IMG/VR virus record: IMGVR_UViG_3300021399_000010
Location: 1-64,000 of that record
DNA length: 64,000 nt
Source of the DNA: a virus
Lineage: Duplodnaviria > Caudoviricetes
Direction: 5' to 3' (one strand)
Positions 45,068 to 55,910 of the stretch are shown one piece after another. A program made the position numbers and the translations under genes. The notes under the pieces are model-generated. The model was not told where the DNA came from. It saw nothing but the letters and a program-made list of their open reading frames with translations, and did no database searches. The number at the start of each line of letters is the position of its first letter. Position 1 is the stretch's first letter.

Positions 45068-45648
45068 AATTTTAACTTTTTGTTAAACTGTTTTACTTTT
45101 GCGAAACAGAACCTTCCTTCTTCAACAGAGCATTTGTCGCTATACTTGAACACCGTTATGGTGCTGTCGATGTCCGTATCCTCGATGTTGAGTTCGGAGT
45201 CGTCGAAGAGATAGACCTTGACACTGTTGTACCCATCGCACACAAGACTCACCTTTGAGTGGTTGCTGATGTAGAGTATCGGACATTTCGTCTCTTGTAT
45301 CACGATGTCCTTGTCCTTGGTGTGCGACACATGACACACATCCGTCTCCACTACAATTGCATTGTCGTACGGATAGTCCATGTACCATGAGTAGGTGTAG
45401 TCTGGAACGTCATCACAGTCCTTTAGGACAACTCCGTTCATGTACTCTCCAAAGTTGTTCATAGCATACTCCTTTGTTATCACACCATCAGCCATCTTTG
45501 TTGCGACATAGGGGATGCTTTGTTGTCTCATTGCGAGTCTCACGAGTTGCAGCTTGTCACCGTGACAAGAACGAATCTCGTCACGGTACTCGCTGCATAG
45601 TCCGCTTGTGTAAGCGTTTTTCAAGAAGTTGAAAAATTCCTTTTCCAT
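45064..45648 (-). CDS. Hypothetical tail-region protein
   Basis: Follows the tape measure; C-terminal repeats suggest a beta-helix. Confidence 0.45.
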   Translation of the reverse strand: MEKEFFNFLKNAYTSGLCSEYRDEIRSCHGDKLQLVRLAMRQQSIPYVATKMADGVITKEYAMNNFGEYMNGVVLKDCDDVPDYTYSWYMDYPYDNAIVVETDVCHVSHTKDKDIVIQETKCPILYISNHSKVSLVCDGYNSVKVYLFDDSELNIEDTDIDSTITVFKYSDKCSVEEGRFCFAKVKQFNKKLKL

Positions 45649-45657
45649 ATTTGTCTT

Positions 45658-48600
45658 CTAACTCAATAGTTCAACGTTGAATGCGCGTCCAGAGGGGTTC
45701 AAGACACCCTCAAGGATTGATTGTATCGACATCTGCACTTGATATGATGCTTGCAACTGCAAGAGTATCTGTCCGATGTTTGCGGTCTGCACATCAAGGT
45801 CGAAACCGATGATGGTGTCACGGATTTGGGTGAGGAGGTCGGTGTGGACATACTGTTGTTGGGTGTTTGCATTCCAGTATGCTTCAAGTGCTCCTGCTTG
45901 GTCTTCCGTTATTCCTTGTATACCTTGTTGCAGTGCGCTGAGATTCTTGTCCACATTACCATCTCCGTACATGATTCCAAGTGCGCCATATAGTCTTGTC
46001 AAGTCCTCGTTGATTCCCTCTGCTATGGACTTGCTTCCTATCAGGTTGCGGATTTTCTCAAGTTCATTTAATGTTATCGCAGTCCCTCCAGCGCTGTTTG
46101 CGTCTGTAATCTGGTTCACCATGTCCCAGATTGGCTGTAGCCTGTTGGCAACAAGTTTGGATGCGAGCGACTTCATTATCATTGTGTCAATCATGCTGTC
46201 AAAACTCTCTCCGAGAGACTCCATGACATCCTCGCCTTGTCTCCACGCTGACACCCAAGTTGACACAAAATTCTCAGCCGCAGACTTTATGTCACTTCCG
46301 AGGAGTGTTGTGGATATCTCATCTGTCAAATCCTGCAACTCTCGCTTTGCAGCTGCAACCTCTCCCTCAAGACTGATGATGGCATCCTCATCCCTATGCT
46401 TACCTTTTCTTGACTTCTCAAGGGCAAGCTGACGTTTGAGTTCTTCAAGTTCAAGTCTCTTGTTCTCTATCGCAGCTTTCCGTGCTGCAATCTCAGCTGA
46501 TGCCATAGATTTCTCAATAGTGTGTTGCAGTTCATCATATGCTTGTTTTAACTTTTCGACTCTCCTCTTTGACTTGTCAATCTCCTTCGTGATTTTCTTG
46601 TCCTTGTGGTTTGAGATGAACGAAACAAGACCAACAATGACGGACAATGCGGCTGCTATGGCCAAAAGCCAGGGTTGAGACGATTCAAGTAAAATCATGG
46701 CTGCAACAACACCCATTATAACGGTTGTCATTATAGAAAATCCTTCACTTATTGCATCGATTGCATCAGCAGTCTCATTGTCACCGCCAGCACGGAACAA
46801 CTTTGACACGGTGTCAAACAATTCTTTCACATTGTTCAGTTCGCTGGTGATTCCTTGCAATGAGGACTTTAGGTTCTCTTGCGCCTTCTTCCCTTTACCC
46901 TCTGCCTGTGCGAGTTTGACTTGTGCGTTTGCTCGTTTCTTTACTGCTGCTGCAAGAGCCTCTTGCGCCTTCTTTTGTTCAGCAGGAGTGCCATTTTTTG
47001 CAAGTCCTGCTTTTTGCTGTGCAATTTCCACATTGCGTTCGGCAATAGCAAGTTCATCTTGTGCGTCTTTGACTTCACCAGATGCTTCTGCCATTGCTTT
47101 AAGACTCCTTGCCACACCGCCAAATGGGTCACGCGTATTCAATTCGTTCTCCGCATCCTCAAGAGACTTTATAAGTGCTTTCATGGACGCTGGGTCTTCT
47201 TTAACCTTGTCCTTCAGACCTTCGAGTTTATCCATGATAAGCTGTATGGCTCTCGTGGAATTGTTTGCCATGTCTTCAAAAGTCATCGTGTACAACTCAC
47301 TGTTCTTGAAATCCTCCCAATAAGCCTTTGATGTATCTGCTTTTGTTTGGTTGCCTGATGCTGTTACAAGTTTTAGCGCAATAGGATTCTTGTCCGTAAC
47401 ATCTTTGACTATTTCTGCAATCTGTAGGTTTATGTTGGCTAATTCCGCAGGGTCATCAGTTGCCTCAAGCCTTAATTGCAATCTAACTATTTCGCTCTTT
47501 TGGTCTTCCGTACCAAACGATTTAACTGCATTTACTTGTTGTTGAACACTGTCTTTGTATATCTTGGTCAACTTGTCTTGTAGGTTGCCATACTTTTCAA
47601 TAAGACTATTTTTCCACTTTTCTGTCTCTTCCAAATCCTTTTTGCGTTTTCCGCTAATATCTTCGTATGCTTTCAGTATTGCATCGAACCATTCTTGATT
47701 AAACGAGCCAGCATCTACTTGCTCTCTAAAAGCGGTTATGTCATCACGAGTAAGACCACGCAACTCATCACCAGTGAATTGTAACGAACTATTCTTTCCT
47801 TTAAGGTATTTGTTCAGATATGTAGAATATCTGTCTGCGTATTCCTTGACTGTATGAGGTAAAGACTCTATATTTATACCCATCATGTCAGCAAACGCAT
47901 TGCCTAACTCAGGGTCTGCATCCAACTCAACCGCCAACTCGTACTCGTCTTTCAACTTGTCGAGTTCACTGTTGAGACCCTTGGTAATCTTCGTGAGGTC
48001 GTATTTCTTAGCATCAACATTAAGAGACTGAATCTTGACCTCCAAGTCCTTAATCTCACTTGGTTTGGCACGGCCAGTTTCTTGGATTCTCTTTAGTTGA
48101 TTCGACAACATGGTCATTATTTCAGCAGGATTGGCGACACCTGCGAACTTCTTTGGGTCAAACGCCTCGATACCCCACTTGGCAAAAACCTTGTTGATTT
48201 CCTCAACGGTTTTTTCATAACCGTTAGTCGCAAGGTTGACAGCATCTGCATGGTTCATTCCCTCCTTTGTGAGGTCTTTGTATGTGCTGCGAATCTTGTC
48301 TATCAGAGAGAGTTCCTCCTTTAGGGTCTTCTGGAGTTCAGATTCTTCTTGTCGTCTCGCAGCAGCTGCCGCACGTTCACGTTTTCTTGCGTCAGCTGCG
48401 GATTTCTTTGCGTCTTTCTGTGCTTCTTTTTCATCCTTCTTGCTAATGCCGCCTTTTGCTAACGCCTCGTCCCTCTCTTTCTGTGCCTCATCTCTCTCTT
48501 TCTGTGCACGAGTGAGTTCTTTTTGTTCGTCAGCAGTTAATGACTTTTTTTTGTTGAGCTTGTTTATACGTTTGTTAAGACGGTCGATTTCTCCATCAGC

Positions 48601-51600
48601 TTTGTCGATTTGTGAGTCATACTCCTTCAAGGTGTCGTATAACGACTTGTCTCCTTCTGAACTAATTACGAGAGGTATGAAAATAGACCACTTGTTCGCA
48701 TTCTTCACCCAGTTGTTCAATAGGGTGAAAACATCATCTGTTGCGAGATTATGCTCCCTTGCGAATTTATTTGCGGTGGTTTCCGCGAACTCCTTCCACT
48801 TTCCCTTAGAGAAGTCGATTTTTGCGATTTCTTCCGCGTCCATACCACGGAACATCTCTCTCGTCTCGCTTATGTGTTGCTCTTTCAACCACGTTGTATA
48901 TTCCTCCCAGAGCACCTTTCCTCTTCCGTTGTTTTCTGCGAAATGGACGTACTCTTCATTAAGTGCGTTGAGACGTGCTTGGATTTCAATTTTCGCATTT
49001 TCGTCCGCAGCCTTTGCTAATGCGTTCTTTTCATCCTCTATCCTTATGGATAGTGCTTTTTTAGCTGCATTCGCGCGCGCCTCTTCTGTAATCAGTTGGA
49101 GTCTGAATGCCTTTTCTGGACTTATCTGGTTCTGCTCAACAACGTTTCCGATAATCTTAGAGTACGCCTCGTTTATTTTGTCTATATCGCCGCTCCACCC
49201 CTTGAGGTTTATAAAATTGTCAATGGATTCAGTCAGCGCATCAACGTCTTTTTTAAGGGTCTCCAAGTCGTCTTGTTGGTCTTTCCAAAACTCTTTGTCG
49301 TACGAGTCTCTAAGTCCAGATTTATGGTATTCTTGATATTTCTTCAAACTTTCAACATAGTCGTCCAAATTTCCAACAAGACCATCTGCACCTTTCCACA
49401 AGTTCCACCACTTCGACCAGTCTTGCGTTATCTTAATGGTGGTGTCGTCCATCTCCTTTATCGCAGCATTTACCGCGCTAACCTTATCCAGAAGTGCGAA
49501 TCCCTGTCTCAAACGTTCACTTTCATTTTGGATAGACAATAGATGTTGTACAAACTCCTCACTGTTGCGTGAACTTAACTCTATTTGTTCTCTCACATTC
49601 TCCCACGCCTTTGACGCCTCTGTCGGAGCAATGTCTCCCTTGTCAAGTTCGTTTCGCATCCTAACGTTAACATCCTCGCCAAGGAATTTTGCAAGTTCGT
49701 CGTATGTCGTCTTTGCGGAATCTCGCAAGTTCTTATTAAACTCCTCTGTTGCTTGGTTTGCGTTCCATATCGCAGACGCCAATTCGGCGAACCACATAAC
49801 TGCCACCATAATCCACGTTGTCGGAGATAACAACAGCGCAGCAAGAGACTTACCCATTGTAGTCAAAACCATAGCAAGACGTTTCCCAGCGATACTTGTT
49901 AAAGTTAATGAAGCAGCGAATCTTTGAAGTGGCTTAACGCCCATCTTCAACAATGCGTTCCCAAGCAGCATTATTGCAAATCTAAGACCTACTATTGCGC
50001 CGACTTGTTTGAGGGCGTGGTCTACTTGTTTCCAGTGTAGAAACAACTTTTTCAGCAAATCGATTGAGAAAGATATTAGACCTTGAGTTTCCTTACCCAT
50101 GTCGTTCAACATGTTGTTCCACGCAAGAGTAAGATTCGCAAGCCGCACCTTTAAGGTGTCTGCCATCTTTGCTTGGAAGTCAAAGAATTTTCCTCCCTCG
50201 TCCGTCATCTTGTACATAACAGACATCACAGTGTTGAAGTCGATAGTTTTCTTCTTTATGCGGTCATACACATCAGCGACACTAACCATGCGTCCCTCAA
50301 GTTCCGTGTAGTAGTCAGAAAGCTGTTTGACGAGAGGAATACCTGCGTTGGAAAACATACGCGCGTCGCGTGCATTCAAGTAGCCGTATGCTTTTATCTG
50401 TCCGAGTGCATAGGTGAGACGGTCGATTGGAATACCAACAGCAGCAGCCATATCAGCAAGTCTTCTCGTCGTATCAACAACATCCCTTGCTGCGATGTCG
50501 TATGCGGTCAACTGTTTTGCAGCGGTAGATAACTCAATAAGTGTGTACGGCGAAACCAGAGCCATCTGGGACAATTCGTTGAATATCTGTGTTCCTCTTT
50601 CTGCACTATTGATGAGGATTCCCAATGCACGCTCGTTCATCTCGTATTGAGAGCGTATGTCGATGAGATTCTTGACGAACTGAGTGCTTGCACCAACTGT
50701 GAAGTAGAACGCAAGACGGTTCTTCATATAGTTCCATGAGCGAGCAAGGGCTTTGTTCAGTTCCGTTGCTTGCTTCGTTGTGCTCATATACTTGTTTAGG
50801 TCTTTTTGCAGACGGTTGATTGCTGCATCGACTTGTTTGAGTTCTGCGATTTGTTTCGGGTCGGTAAGGTCAATTCCTCGTTTGTAGGATTGCAGTTGCC
50901 GTATCTTGTAGGTAATATCATCAAGGGTCTTTTCAGAACCGCTAAGAGCGTCTTTAAGGCTGACTGGACGTTTCATCGTTTGCTGAAACTTATCCATCTC
51001 TCTCTCTGCTTGTTGAATCTCCCTAATTAACACCTTCGCGGCGTCATCGTGAACGCCTTTTGGTAATGCGAGTAATTCCCCTTTAAGCTGTTTCACATAA
51101 TTCGCAAGGTCTGAGTAAGACGATTTCGCTTTATTGATTTCGTCAACCCACTTTTCCTGCATCCCAGTTATGGTTTGCAATGCTCTTCTTACGTCACTTA
51201 CGTGCTCTATTCTTATTGACGGTGTTTCGTATTTTTTCTTGGTTTTTGTCTCAACCCATCCAAGTAATTCCGCAGCTTTCTTGTCTTCCTCACTCTGCTG
51301 ACGAGTTATGGTTACACCTCTTTCTCTCTCTTGATTTACTCGTTGTATTGCTTGTTCTATCTGTCCCTCCAGTGTGATACCCATTTGCAAGTTTTCCATG
51401 ACAGGCATCGCTCTTCCATCGATGTTTGCTATCCCTCTGTGGAATCCCATTTGGTCTGCGGTTTGCCATTTTGCTCCAGCCCTCACTTCTGCTGCAATCC
51501 TCCGTACTTGTTCGGAATATTCTTTTGCAGCGGCAGTGGACTGTTGTGTGGATGCCGCGACTTGTTGCTGCGTGGAAACCTCTTCTCGCATAATATTCAA

Positions 51601-52923
51601 CACCTTCTCCCGTTTTGCTCGCAACTCATCCAGTGTTCCGCCTTGCTGTTTCAGCGGGTCGGTGCTTGCAACTCTCTTCTGTTCTGCTTCAAGTTCTTTA
51701 TTTTTCGCTATTAACTTATTTATCTCGTCATTTGTTTGCTGTATAGCGGCGCGGTATCCATCTTTAACACCATACCTTGAAGACGCATTTTTCTCTTCTT
51801 GTGCGAGTTGTTGCAACGAACTACGCAACTCTTGTATTTTTGCATTGTTTTGCGTAATTTGTTGTCCGAGTGCAGCGACTCTTGCGCTTTGTTCTTGAAG
51901 AAGTCTGCTTTCCTCAGTTTTAATTAACTGGGAAAGTTGTTCTGCTTGTTCCCTATACCCCTTCATAAATGCGATATACGACTCTCTTGCGGACTTGGTC
52001 GACGTTTGACCAATTTGAGGCTGTTCGGCTGTTCTTCGTTGCTGCTCTTGCAAGTCTCTCGACTTCTCTCTCAACTTGTCAAGTGCCTGTACCGCCCTGT
52101 TTATTTCAACTTGCGAGAAGATTCCTTTGTTTCTCAAATTGTCGAGCAAGAACTGAATCTCTCGTATCTTTGCATTGACTTGGTCGATGTTCCCTGTCGG
52201 CATGGACAGTGCGTTCTTCATTGCGTTTTTGAGAACGGTGTCTTGGTATTTCTGTTCTGTCGCAATTCGTTTCTGGTTAGCGGCAGCTTCTTGTTCTGCA
52301 CGTTTTGTTTGTGCTTGCGCTGCTTTGTTTGCCGCTTTCTCTTCCTCCGCATACAGTCGGTTCAACTTCTTGAGTTCGTCGCTCTGACGACTCATCTCGT
52401 TGATTTTCTTCGCATCAAATGCCCATGTCTTCTCATTTGCAAGTGCATTTGTCATAGCAACACCAGCCTTCGACTGATTTAGCTTTTCTCTGAGTTGAGC
52501 AACTTTTGTCAATGCAGCAGTGTACTTGTCGAGGTCTTCTGTGGAAAACGTTTTCTTTGACGCAAAGTCGTTGACAACTTTCTGCGCCCTCTTCAACGCA
52601 ACTTCAAGCTGGTCGTAGGTAAGAGCGGTCTCTTTCGTTGCAGCGGTCTCCTTCTTTTGCGCCGCAGTACGCTGCGCGGATGCGTCCACCGCAGGAGAGT
52701 TTTTTCCGCTCCCAGTTGCGCTGCCTTGCGGTGCATTCACATCAACCTTGACGCTACCAAGTTCCTTTAGCTTGTTCTTCATCGCATCGATTGACGTGTT
52801 GAAGTTGTTGACCATCTTCTGCGTACCTTCCGCAACGTGAGCGACCAGACTGTCTATCGACTTCTTTAGTTCCTCGTCGTTAAGATGACCTACTATGATT
52901 GTTGGACTATCTCCTATCGCCAT
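45658..52923 (-). CDS. Tail tape measure protein
   Basis: 2421 aa, helical; tape-measure domain (E....LG.L..SAERG...FNEL..MA..SPY....L..AAKQL.AY); follows the tail chaperones. Confidence 0.92.
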   Translation of the reverse strand: MAIGDSPTIIVGHLNDEELKKSIDSLVAHVAEGTQKMVNNFNTSIDAMKNKLKELGSVKVDVNAPQGSATGSGKNSPAVDASAQRTAAQKKETAATKETALTYDQLEVALKRAQKVVNDFASKKTFSTEDLDKYTAALTKVAQLREKLNQSKAGVAMTNALANEKTWAFDAKKINEMSRQSDELKKLNRLYAEEEKAANKAAQAQTKRAEQEAAANQKRIATEQKYQDTVLKNAMKNALSMPTGNIDQVNAKIREIQFLLDNLRNKGIFSQVEINRAVQALDKLREKSRDLQEQQRRTAEQPQIGQTSTKSARESYIAFMKGYREQAEQLSQLIKTEESRLLQEQSARVAALGQQITQNNAKIQELRSSLQQLAQEEKNASSRYGVKDGYRAAIQQTNDEINKLIAKNKELEAEQKRVASTDPLKQQGGTLDELRAKREKVLNIMREEVSTQQQVAASTQQSTAAAKEYSEQVRRIAAEVRAGAKWQTADQMGFHRGIANIDGRAMPVMENLQMGITLEGQIEQAIQRVNQERERGVTITRQQSEEDKKAAELLGWVETKTKKKYETPSIRIEHVSDVRRALQTITGMQEKWVDEINKAKSSYSDLANYVKQLKGELLALPKGVHDDAAKVLIREIQQAEREMDKFQQTMKRPVSLKDALSGSEKTLDDITYKIRQLQSYKRGIDLTDPKQIAELKQVDAAINRLQKDLNKYMSTTKQATELNKALARSWNYMKNRLAFYFTVGASTQFVKNLIDIRSQYEMNERALGILINSAERGTQIFNELSQMALVSPYTLIELSTAAKQLTAYDIAARDVVDTTRRLADMAAAVGIPIDRLTYALGQIKAYGYLNARDARMFSNAGIPLVKQLSDYYTELEGRMVSVADVYDRIKKKTIDFNTVMSVMYKMTDEGGKFFDFQAKMADTLKVRLANLTLAWNNMLNDMGKETQGLISFSIDLLKKLFLHWKQVDHALKQVGAIVGLRFAIMLLGNALLKMGVKPLQRFAASLTLTSIAGKRLAMVLTTMGKSLAALLLSPTTWIMVAVMWFAELASAIWNANQATEEFNKNLRDSAKTTYDELAKFLGEDVNVRMRNELDKGDIAPTEASKAWENVREQIELSSRNSEEFVQHLLSIQNESERLRQGFALLDKVSAVNAAIKEMDDTTIKITQDWSKWWNLWKGADGLVGNLDDYVESLKKYQEYHKSGLRDSYDKEFWKDQQDDLETLKKDVDALTESIDNFINLKGWSGDIDKINEAYSKIIGNVVEQNQISPEKAFRLQLITEEARANAAKKALSIRIEDEKNALAKAADENAKIEIQARLNALNEEYVHFAENNGRGKVLWEEYTTWLKEQHISETREMFRGMDAEEIAKIDFSKGKWKEFAETTANKFAREHNLATDDVFTLLNNWVKNANKWSIFIPLVISSEGDKSLYDTLKEYDSQIDKADGEIDRLNKRINKLNKKKSLTADEQKELTRAQKERDEAQKERDEALAKGGISKKDEKEAQKDAKKSAADARKRERAAAAARRQEESELQKTLKEELSLIDKIRSTYKDLTKEGMNHADAVNLATNGYEKTVEEINKVFAKWGIEAFDPKKFAGVANPAEIMTMLSNQLKRIQETGRAKPSEIKDLEVKIQSLNVDAKKYDLTKITKGLNSELDKLKDEYELAVELDADPELGNAFADMMGINIESLPHTVKEYADRYSTYLNKYLKGKNSSLQFTGDELRGLTRDDITAFREQVDAGSFNQEWFDAILKAYEDISGKRKKDLEETEKWKNSLIEKYGNLQDKLTKIYKDSVQQQVNAVKSFGTEDQKSEIVRLQLRLEATDDPAELANINLQIAEIVKDVTDKNPIALKLVTASGNQTKADTSKAYWEDFKNSELYTMTFEDMANNSTRAIQLIMDKLEGLKDKVKEDPASMKALIKSLEDAENELNTRDPFGGVARSLKAMAEASGEVKDAQDELAIAERNVEIAQQKAGLAKNGTPAEQKKAQEALAAAVKKRANAQVKLAQAEGKGKKAQENLKSSLQGITSELNNVKELFDTVSKLFRAGGDNETADAIDAISEGFSIMTTVIMGVVAAMILLESSQPWLLAIAAALSVIVGLVSFISNHKDKKITKEIDKSKRRVEKLKQAYDELQHTIEKSMASAEIAARKAAIENKRLELEELKRQLALEKSRKGKHRDEDAIISLEGEVAAAKRELQDLTDEISTTLLGSDIKSAAENFVSTWVSAWRQGEDVMESLGESFDSMIDTMIMKSLASKLVANRLQPIWDMVNQITDANSAGGTAITLNELEKIRNLIGSKSIAEGINEDLTRLYGALGIMYGDGNVDKNLSALQQGIQGITEDQAGALEAYWNANTQQQYVHTDLLTQIRDTIIGFDLDVQTANIGQILLQLQASYQVQMSIQSILEGVLNPSGRAFNVELLS

Positions 52924-52928
52924 GTGAC

Positions 52929-53324
52929 TTATTGTTTTTTATTGTTAATACTCTTCTTTTTCCCTCTCTTGGTTGGTATCTCGTATTCCTCGCCCTCCTT
53001 GAGTTCTGGAATCTTCATGTTGCCGAAGAAGTTGTCGAGTTTGTTCTGCGCCTTCAGTGCTTCCGCGTAGTTGTTCCATGCTTTCTTGTCCGCACCTTGC
53101 AGGTACTTCGTGTGGGTGTTGTCGACCGCCATGAACTGTATCTGTGCGCAACTCAACTTAAACAAGTAGTCGTCCAACGTGTACTGAGGAAACGCTCTTA
53201 TGAAATCTGCGGCGTCTGCAATGCCAGTGCTTCCATAAATTGTGAGGCTGTCTCCGCTGACTTCTTCTTCCGCATCAGCAGTGAATCCGTAGCCATACTC
53301 ACCGATTTTTTGAGTAAAAAAAAA
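52929..53324 (-). CDS. Tail assembly chaperone GT-like C-terminal part (-1 frame)
   Basis: No good start of its own; entered through the T9 slippery run; F..QYTLDDYL...S..QI..M motif. Confidence 0.75.
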   Translation of the reverse strand, partial: FFFTQKIGEYGYGFTADAEEEVSGDSLTIYGSTGIADAADFIRAFPQYTLDDYLFKLSCAQIQFMAVDNTHTKYLQGADKKAWNNYAEALKAQNKLDNFFGNMKIPELKEGEEYEIPTKRGKKKSINNKKQ

Positions 53325-53788
53325 GCACTGAGGTCGATGGACTTGATTGCACCAAGGATGATTGCAGCCCACTCGTTTGGTTCATAAGTGGAGTTCATCA
53401 CCTTCATCTTCATTTTGCTAATCCACCTCTCATTTCGTGTGACTGATTCCTCGTAGTCCTGCACGCCATCTGGAGTAAACAAATGGTTGCAAAGGATAAT
53501 AGCCATCACCTCGCACATAGCATCCAAATCAGTACACAATGCGGTGACGATTTTGTTGTCGTCATCAACCATGAGTTCATCTGCTTCCTTCATGTCCATG
53601 CACAGCTTGGCGATTCTATATACACTGTAATAACGCATATCCTTAACACGATATTCCCTCCCGTCCAAAACAACCAGAGATGGAGAGTCGGTTATTATCT
53701 CCGCTATACTCCTTTTGATGTCTATCGGGAAGTCTTTCAACTCATTGTCTTCTACTTGTACTTCTTCTTCTTTCTTTTTCTTTGCCAT
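53198..53788 (-). CDS. Tail assembly chaperone G-like
   Basis: Lies between the tail tube and tape measure; carries the slippery GCT TTT TTT TTA. Confidence 0.75.
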   Translation of the reverse strand: MAKKKKEEEVQVEDNELKDFPIDIKRSIAEIITDSPSLVVLDGREYRVKDMRYYSVYRIAKLCMDMKEADELMVDDDNKIVTALCTDLDAMCEVMAIILCNHLFTPDGVQDYEESVTRNERWISKMKMKVMNSTYEPNEWAAIILGAIKSIDLSAFFLLKKSVSMATDSLLMRKKKSAETASQFMEALALQTPQIS

Positions 53789-53814
53789 TGTCTTCGTGAA
53801 ATTAGAGTCTTCAA

Positions 53815-54159
53815 TTAAATGTTATTGTACTCAAAGTACACACCTCCTGCGTCATTCGGACACCTTAAATGCCATGAGTTTTCAGCATACCATGTCAACC
53901 ACACTTGTGCCACCATTTGAACATGAGGTTCATAACCTTGCGCAGGGTTGTAGTGAACCCTTGCGAAACAGACAGTACCATCGATTATCTTCTGGACGAA
54001 CATTTCTGCTACTGATTTCTCAATCTCAGTCTGACCATTATCCAAGTAGACATCAATGATTTCAACCTTTGCGGAAGACGAACCTCCACCTCCTTCGGAC
54101 GCATCTTGGAAGCCAACTATGTGTCCGTCTTCATCGTATAACTTTACCTTCGTTGCCAT
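53815..54159 (-). CDS. Hypothetical, possible virion accessory protein
   Basis: GGGGSSS linker; sits between tail tube and chaperone. Confidence 0.45.
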   Translation of the reverse strand: MATKVKLYDEDGHIVGFQDASEGGGGSSSAKVEIIDVYLDNGQTEIEKSVAEMFVQKIIDGTVCFARVHYNPAQGYEPHVQMVAQVWLTWYAENSWHLRCPNDAGGVYFEYNNI

Positions 54160-54189
54160 AAATCATTTACATTGTGTTTATAAAACTAA

Positions 54190-54224
54190 GGGGTGCGCAT
54201 GGGATGATACCCACAACGCACCCC
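54190..54224 (-). terminator. GC-rich hairpin after the major tail gene
   Basis: GGGGTGCG..TGGG..CCCA..CGCACCCC stem-loop. Confidence 0.55.
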
Positions 54225-54253
54225 CACGTTCACGAAAACAAAGAATGTAGTCT

Positions 54254-54760
54254 CTATGCGGGTTTCGTACCGATAATCTTGTACATGTGGTCTACTGAAA
54301 CCGCACTTGCACCTTCGCCAGTGGTGGTGGTGTGGTTCATAGCGGTGATGGTCACAGCGAAGTTCAGAGCACCGTCCTCATCCTTCTTGATAGTGCCGAG
54401 GGTCAGACCATCGTAGAGGTAGAGAGCGAAGTTACCACGTCCGAACTCAAGCTGCCACGAGTGGTTGGATGTGTAAGCGGTGGTAGCACCCTCATACACG
54501 TCACTTGCAACAGAACCGCCGAACAGTGCAGGGAGTTCGGAGAGGTCGTAGTTAGCCAACTCAAAGTTGAAGGTCACAGGGTTGCCATCGTAGAAGATGT
54601 CGAACGGGGTGTCATAGAACTCAGCCTCAATCTCAGTGGAATCGGGTTCATCCTGTCCAACGGTGAGACCTTTGAGAACACCCATAAGCGGAGTAGTAGC
54701 ATCACCACCCACAGTACCATACTTCAGCGCAACGGCTTTTACAGTTGTTTTCTTTGCCAT
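54254..54760 (-). CDS. Major tail tube protein
   Basis: Siphovirus gene order; beta-rich, T/A/G-rich 168 aa. Confidence 0.75.
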   Translation of the reverse strand: MAKKTTVKAVALKYGTVGGDATTPLMGVLKGLTVGQDEPDSTEIEAEFYDTPFDIFYDGNPVTFNFELANYDLSELPALFGGSVASDVYEGATTAYTSNHSWQLEFGRGNFALYLYDGLTLGTIKKDEDGALNFAVTITAMNHTTTTGEGASAVSVDHMYKIIGTKPA

Positions 54761-54792
54761 AATTCTTGCAGTTTAAACTATTAATACTTTTG

Positions 54793-55233
54793 TTAACTAT
54801 TATCTTTTTCTATATTTACGATGAACGATTTTACAAAGGTGAAATAAGGATTGTTCGCATTGCTCGTCTCAATGTCATCCATCGAGAGTATCACATCGTC
54901 TTGTATGTAGTAGTCTCCAGAGGGGTTCGACACAGCACCCTTAATCACATCCGTTATTCGCTGTTCAAACATCTGGTACTTCTCCACATCAAGACGACCA
55001 CGACTGATAAGAGGAACAAATGCCTCAACAAAACACCGAACGCTACCGAACGCACTGAGGTCAAACTCGCTCTCATCGACGATGTTGCCAACGTGAAGAA
55101 CGATAAAACCATCCTTGGTGTCGGACTCGGTGAGTTCCTGTGGTTCGTTCATCGAGTATACGTTCTCCGTTACAGTACCGTAAAACAGACCGTACAAGTA
55201 ATTGTATATCTCTATGCGTGAATCGTTGTACAT
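54793..55233 (-). CDS. Tail terminator/completion protein
   Basis: Synteny and size. Confidence 0.6.
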   Translation of the reverse strand: MYNDSRIEIYNYLYGLFYGTVTENVYSMNEPQELTESDTKDGFIVLHVGNIVDESEFDLSAFGSVRCFVEAFVPLISRGRLDVEKYQMFEQRITDVIKGAVSNPSGDYYIQDDVILSMDDIETSNANNPYFTFVKSFIVNIEKDNS

Positions 55234-55235
55234 TG

Positions 55236-55907
55236 TTACTTCAAATTCTTTTTACCGTATTTGTAGTAGTTCCTAATCTTACCCTCAAAGTCTTTATTTC
55301 GACGTTTTTCAATTGCCTTCCTCGTATAGTTACTGACTGGATGACGAAATCTAACACGAGCAGGCTTGAGTTCTTTCTTCACCACATCGAAGAATTGGGT
55401 CATTACTGCGAATTGCTTGAATCTCTGTGAATAAGGTATTCCAGAATTTCCTCCTCCACTTTTCATCATGAACCCGTTCTCCCAAAACCCCCAATATGGT
55501 GCAAGTATTGCAACAAAGACTCTCCAGCCCCTCCCCTCTCCACGATTACCGTAGCGGTTTAGGTATTCTTCCGCAAATAGTCGACCGTTGACTGGATACA
55601 AGTATCTCTCATCTGGGTCGCTCCTCCACTCGTGAAGATAAGAGTCTCTTGATGCCTTTTTCTCACGGTAGAAACCACCTTCAACAAGTTTCCCCTCATA
55701 GGAAACTCCCCAACAGAGACTGTCGAGAAGGTTTCCAGTTCTGTCCATGTGGTGTCTGGATGAGTAAGTCTGGATTTGCGCACCAATCTTCTCGATGAGT
55801 TCCTTCGCATAGTTGATTAGTCTGATATTCTGTTCAGCAATAACAGTCTTCATCATGCGGTCGAACATCGCCTTTTCGTTGAAATTGACAAGTTTGGTCT
55901 TTTCCAT
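55236..55907 (-). CDS. Neck/tail-completion protein (HK97 gp10-like)
   Basis: DRTGNLLDS and APY...E.G motifs; synteny. Confidence 0.6.
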   Translation of the reverse strand: MEKTKLVNFNEKAMFDRMMKTVIAEQNIRLINYAKELIEKIGAQIQTYSSRHHMDRTGNLLDSLCWGVSYEGKLVEGGFYREKKASRDSYLHEWRSDPDERYLYPVNGRLFAEEYLNRYGNRGEGRGWRVFVAILAPYWGFWENGFMMKSGGGNSGIPYSQRFKQFAVMTQFFDVVKKELKPARVRFRHPVSNYTRKAIEKRRNKDFEGKIRNYYKYGKKNLK

Positions 55908-55910
55908 GTG

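Noticed and set aside
45699-52482. Numerous long plus-strand ORFs (up to 366 aa) opposite the tape measure
   Set aside because: Ser/Phe/Leu-rich antisense shadows of a Glu/Lys/Ala-rich gene.
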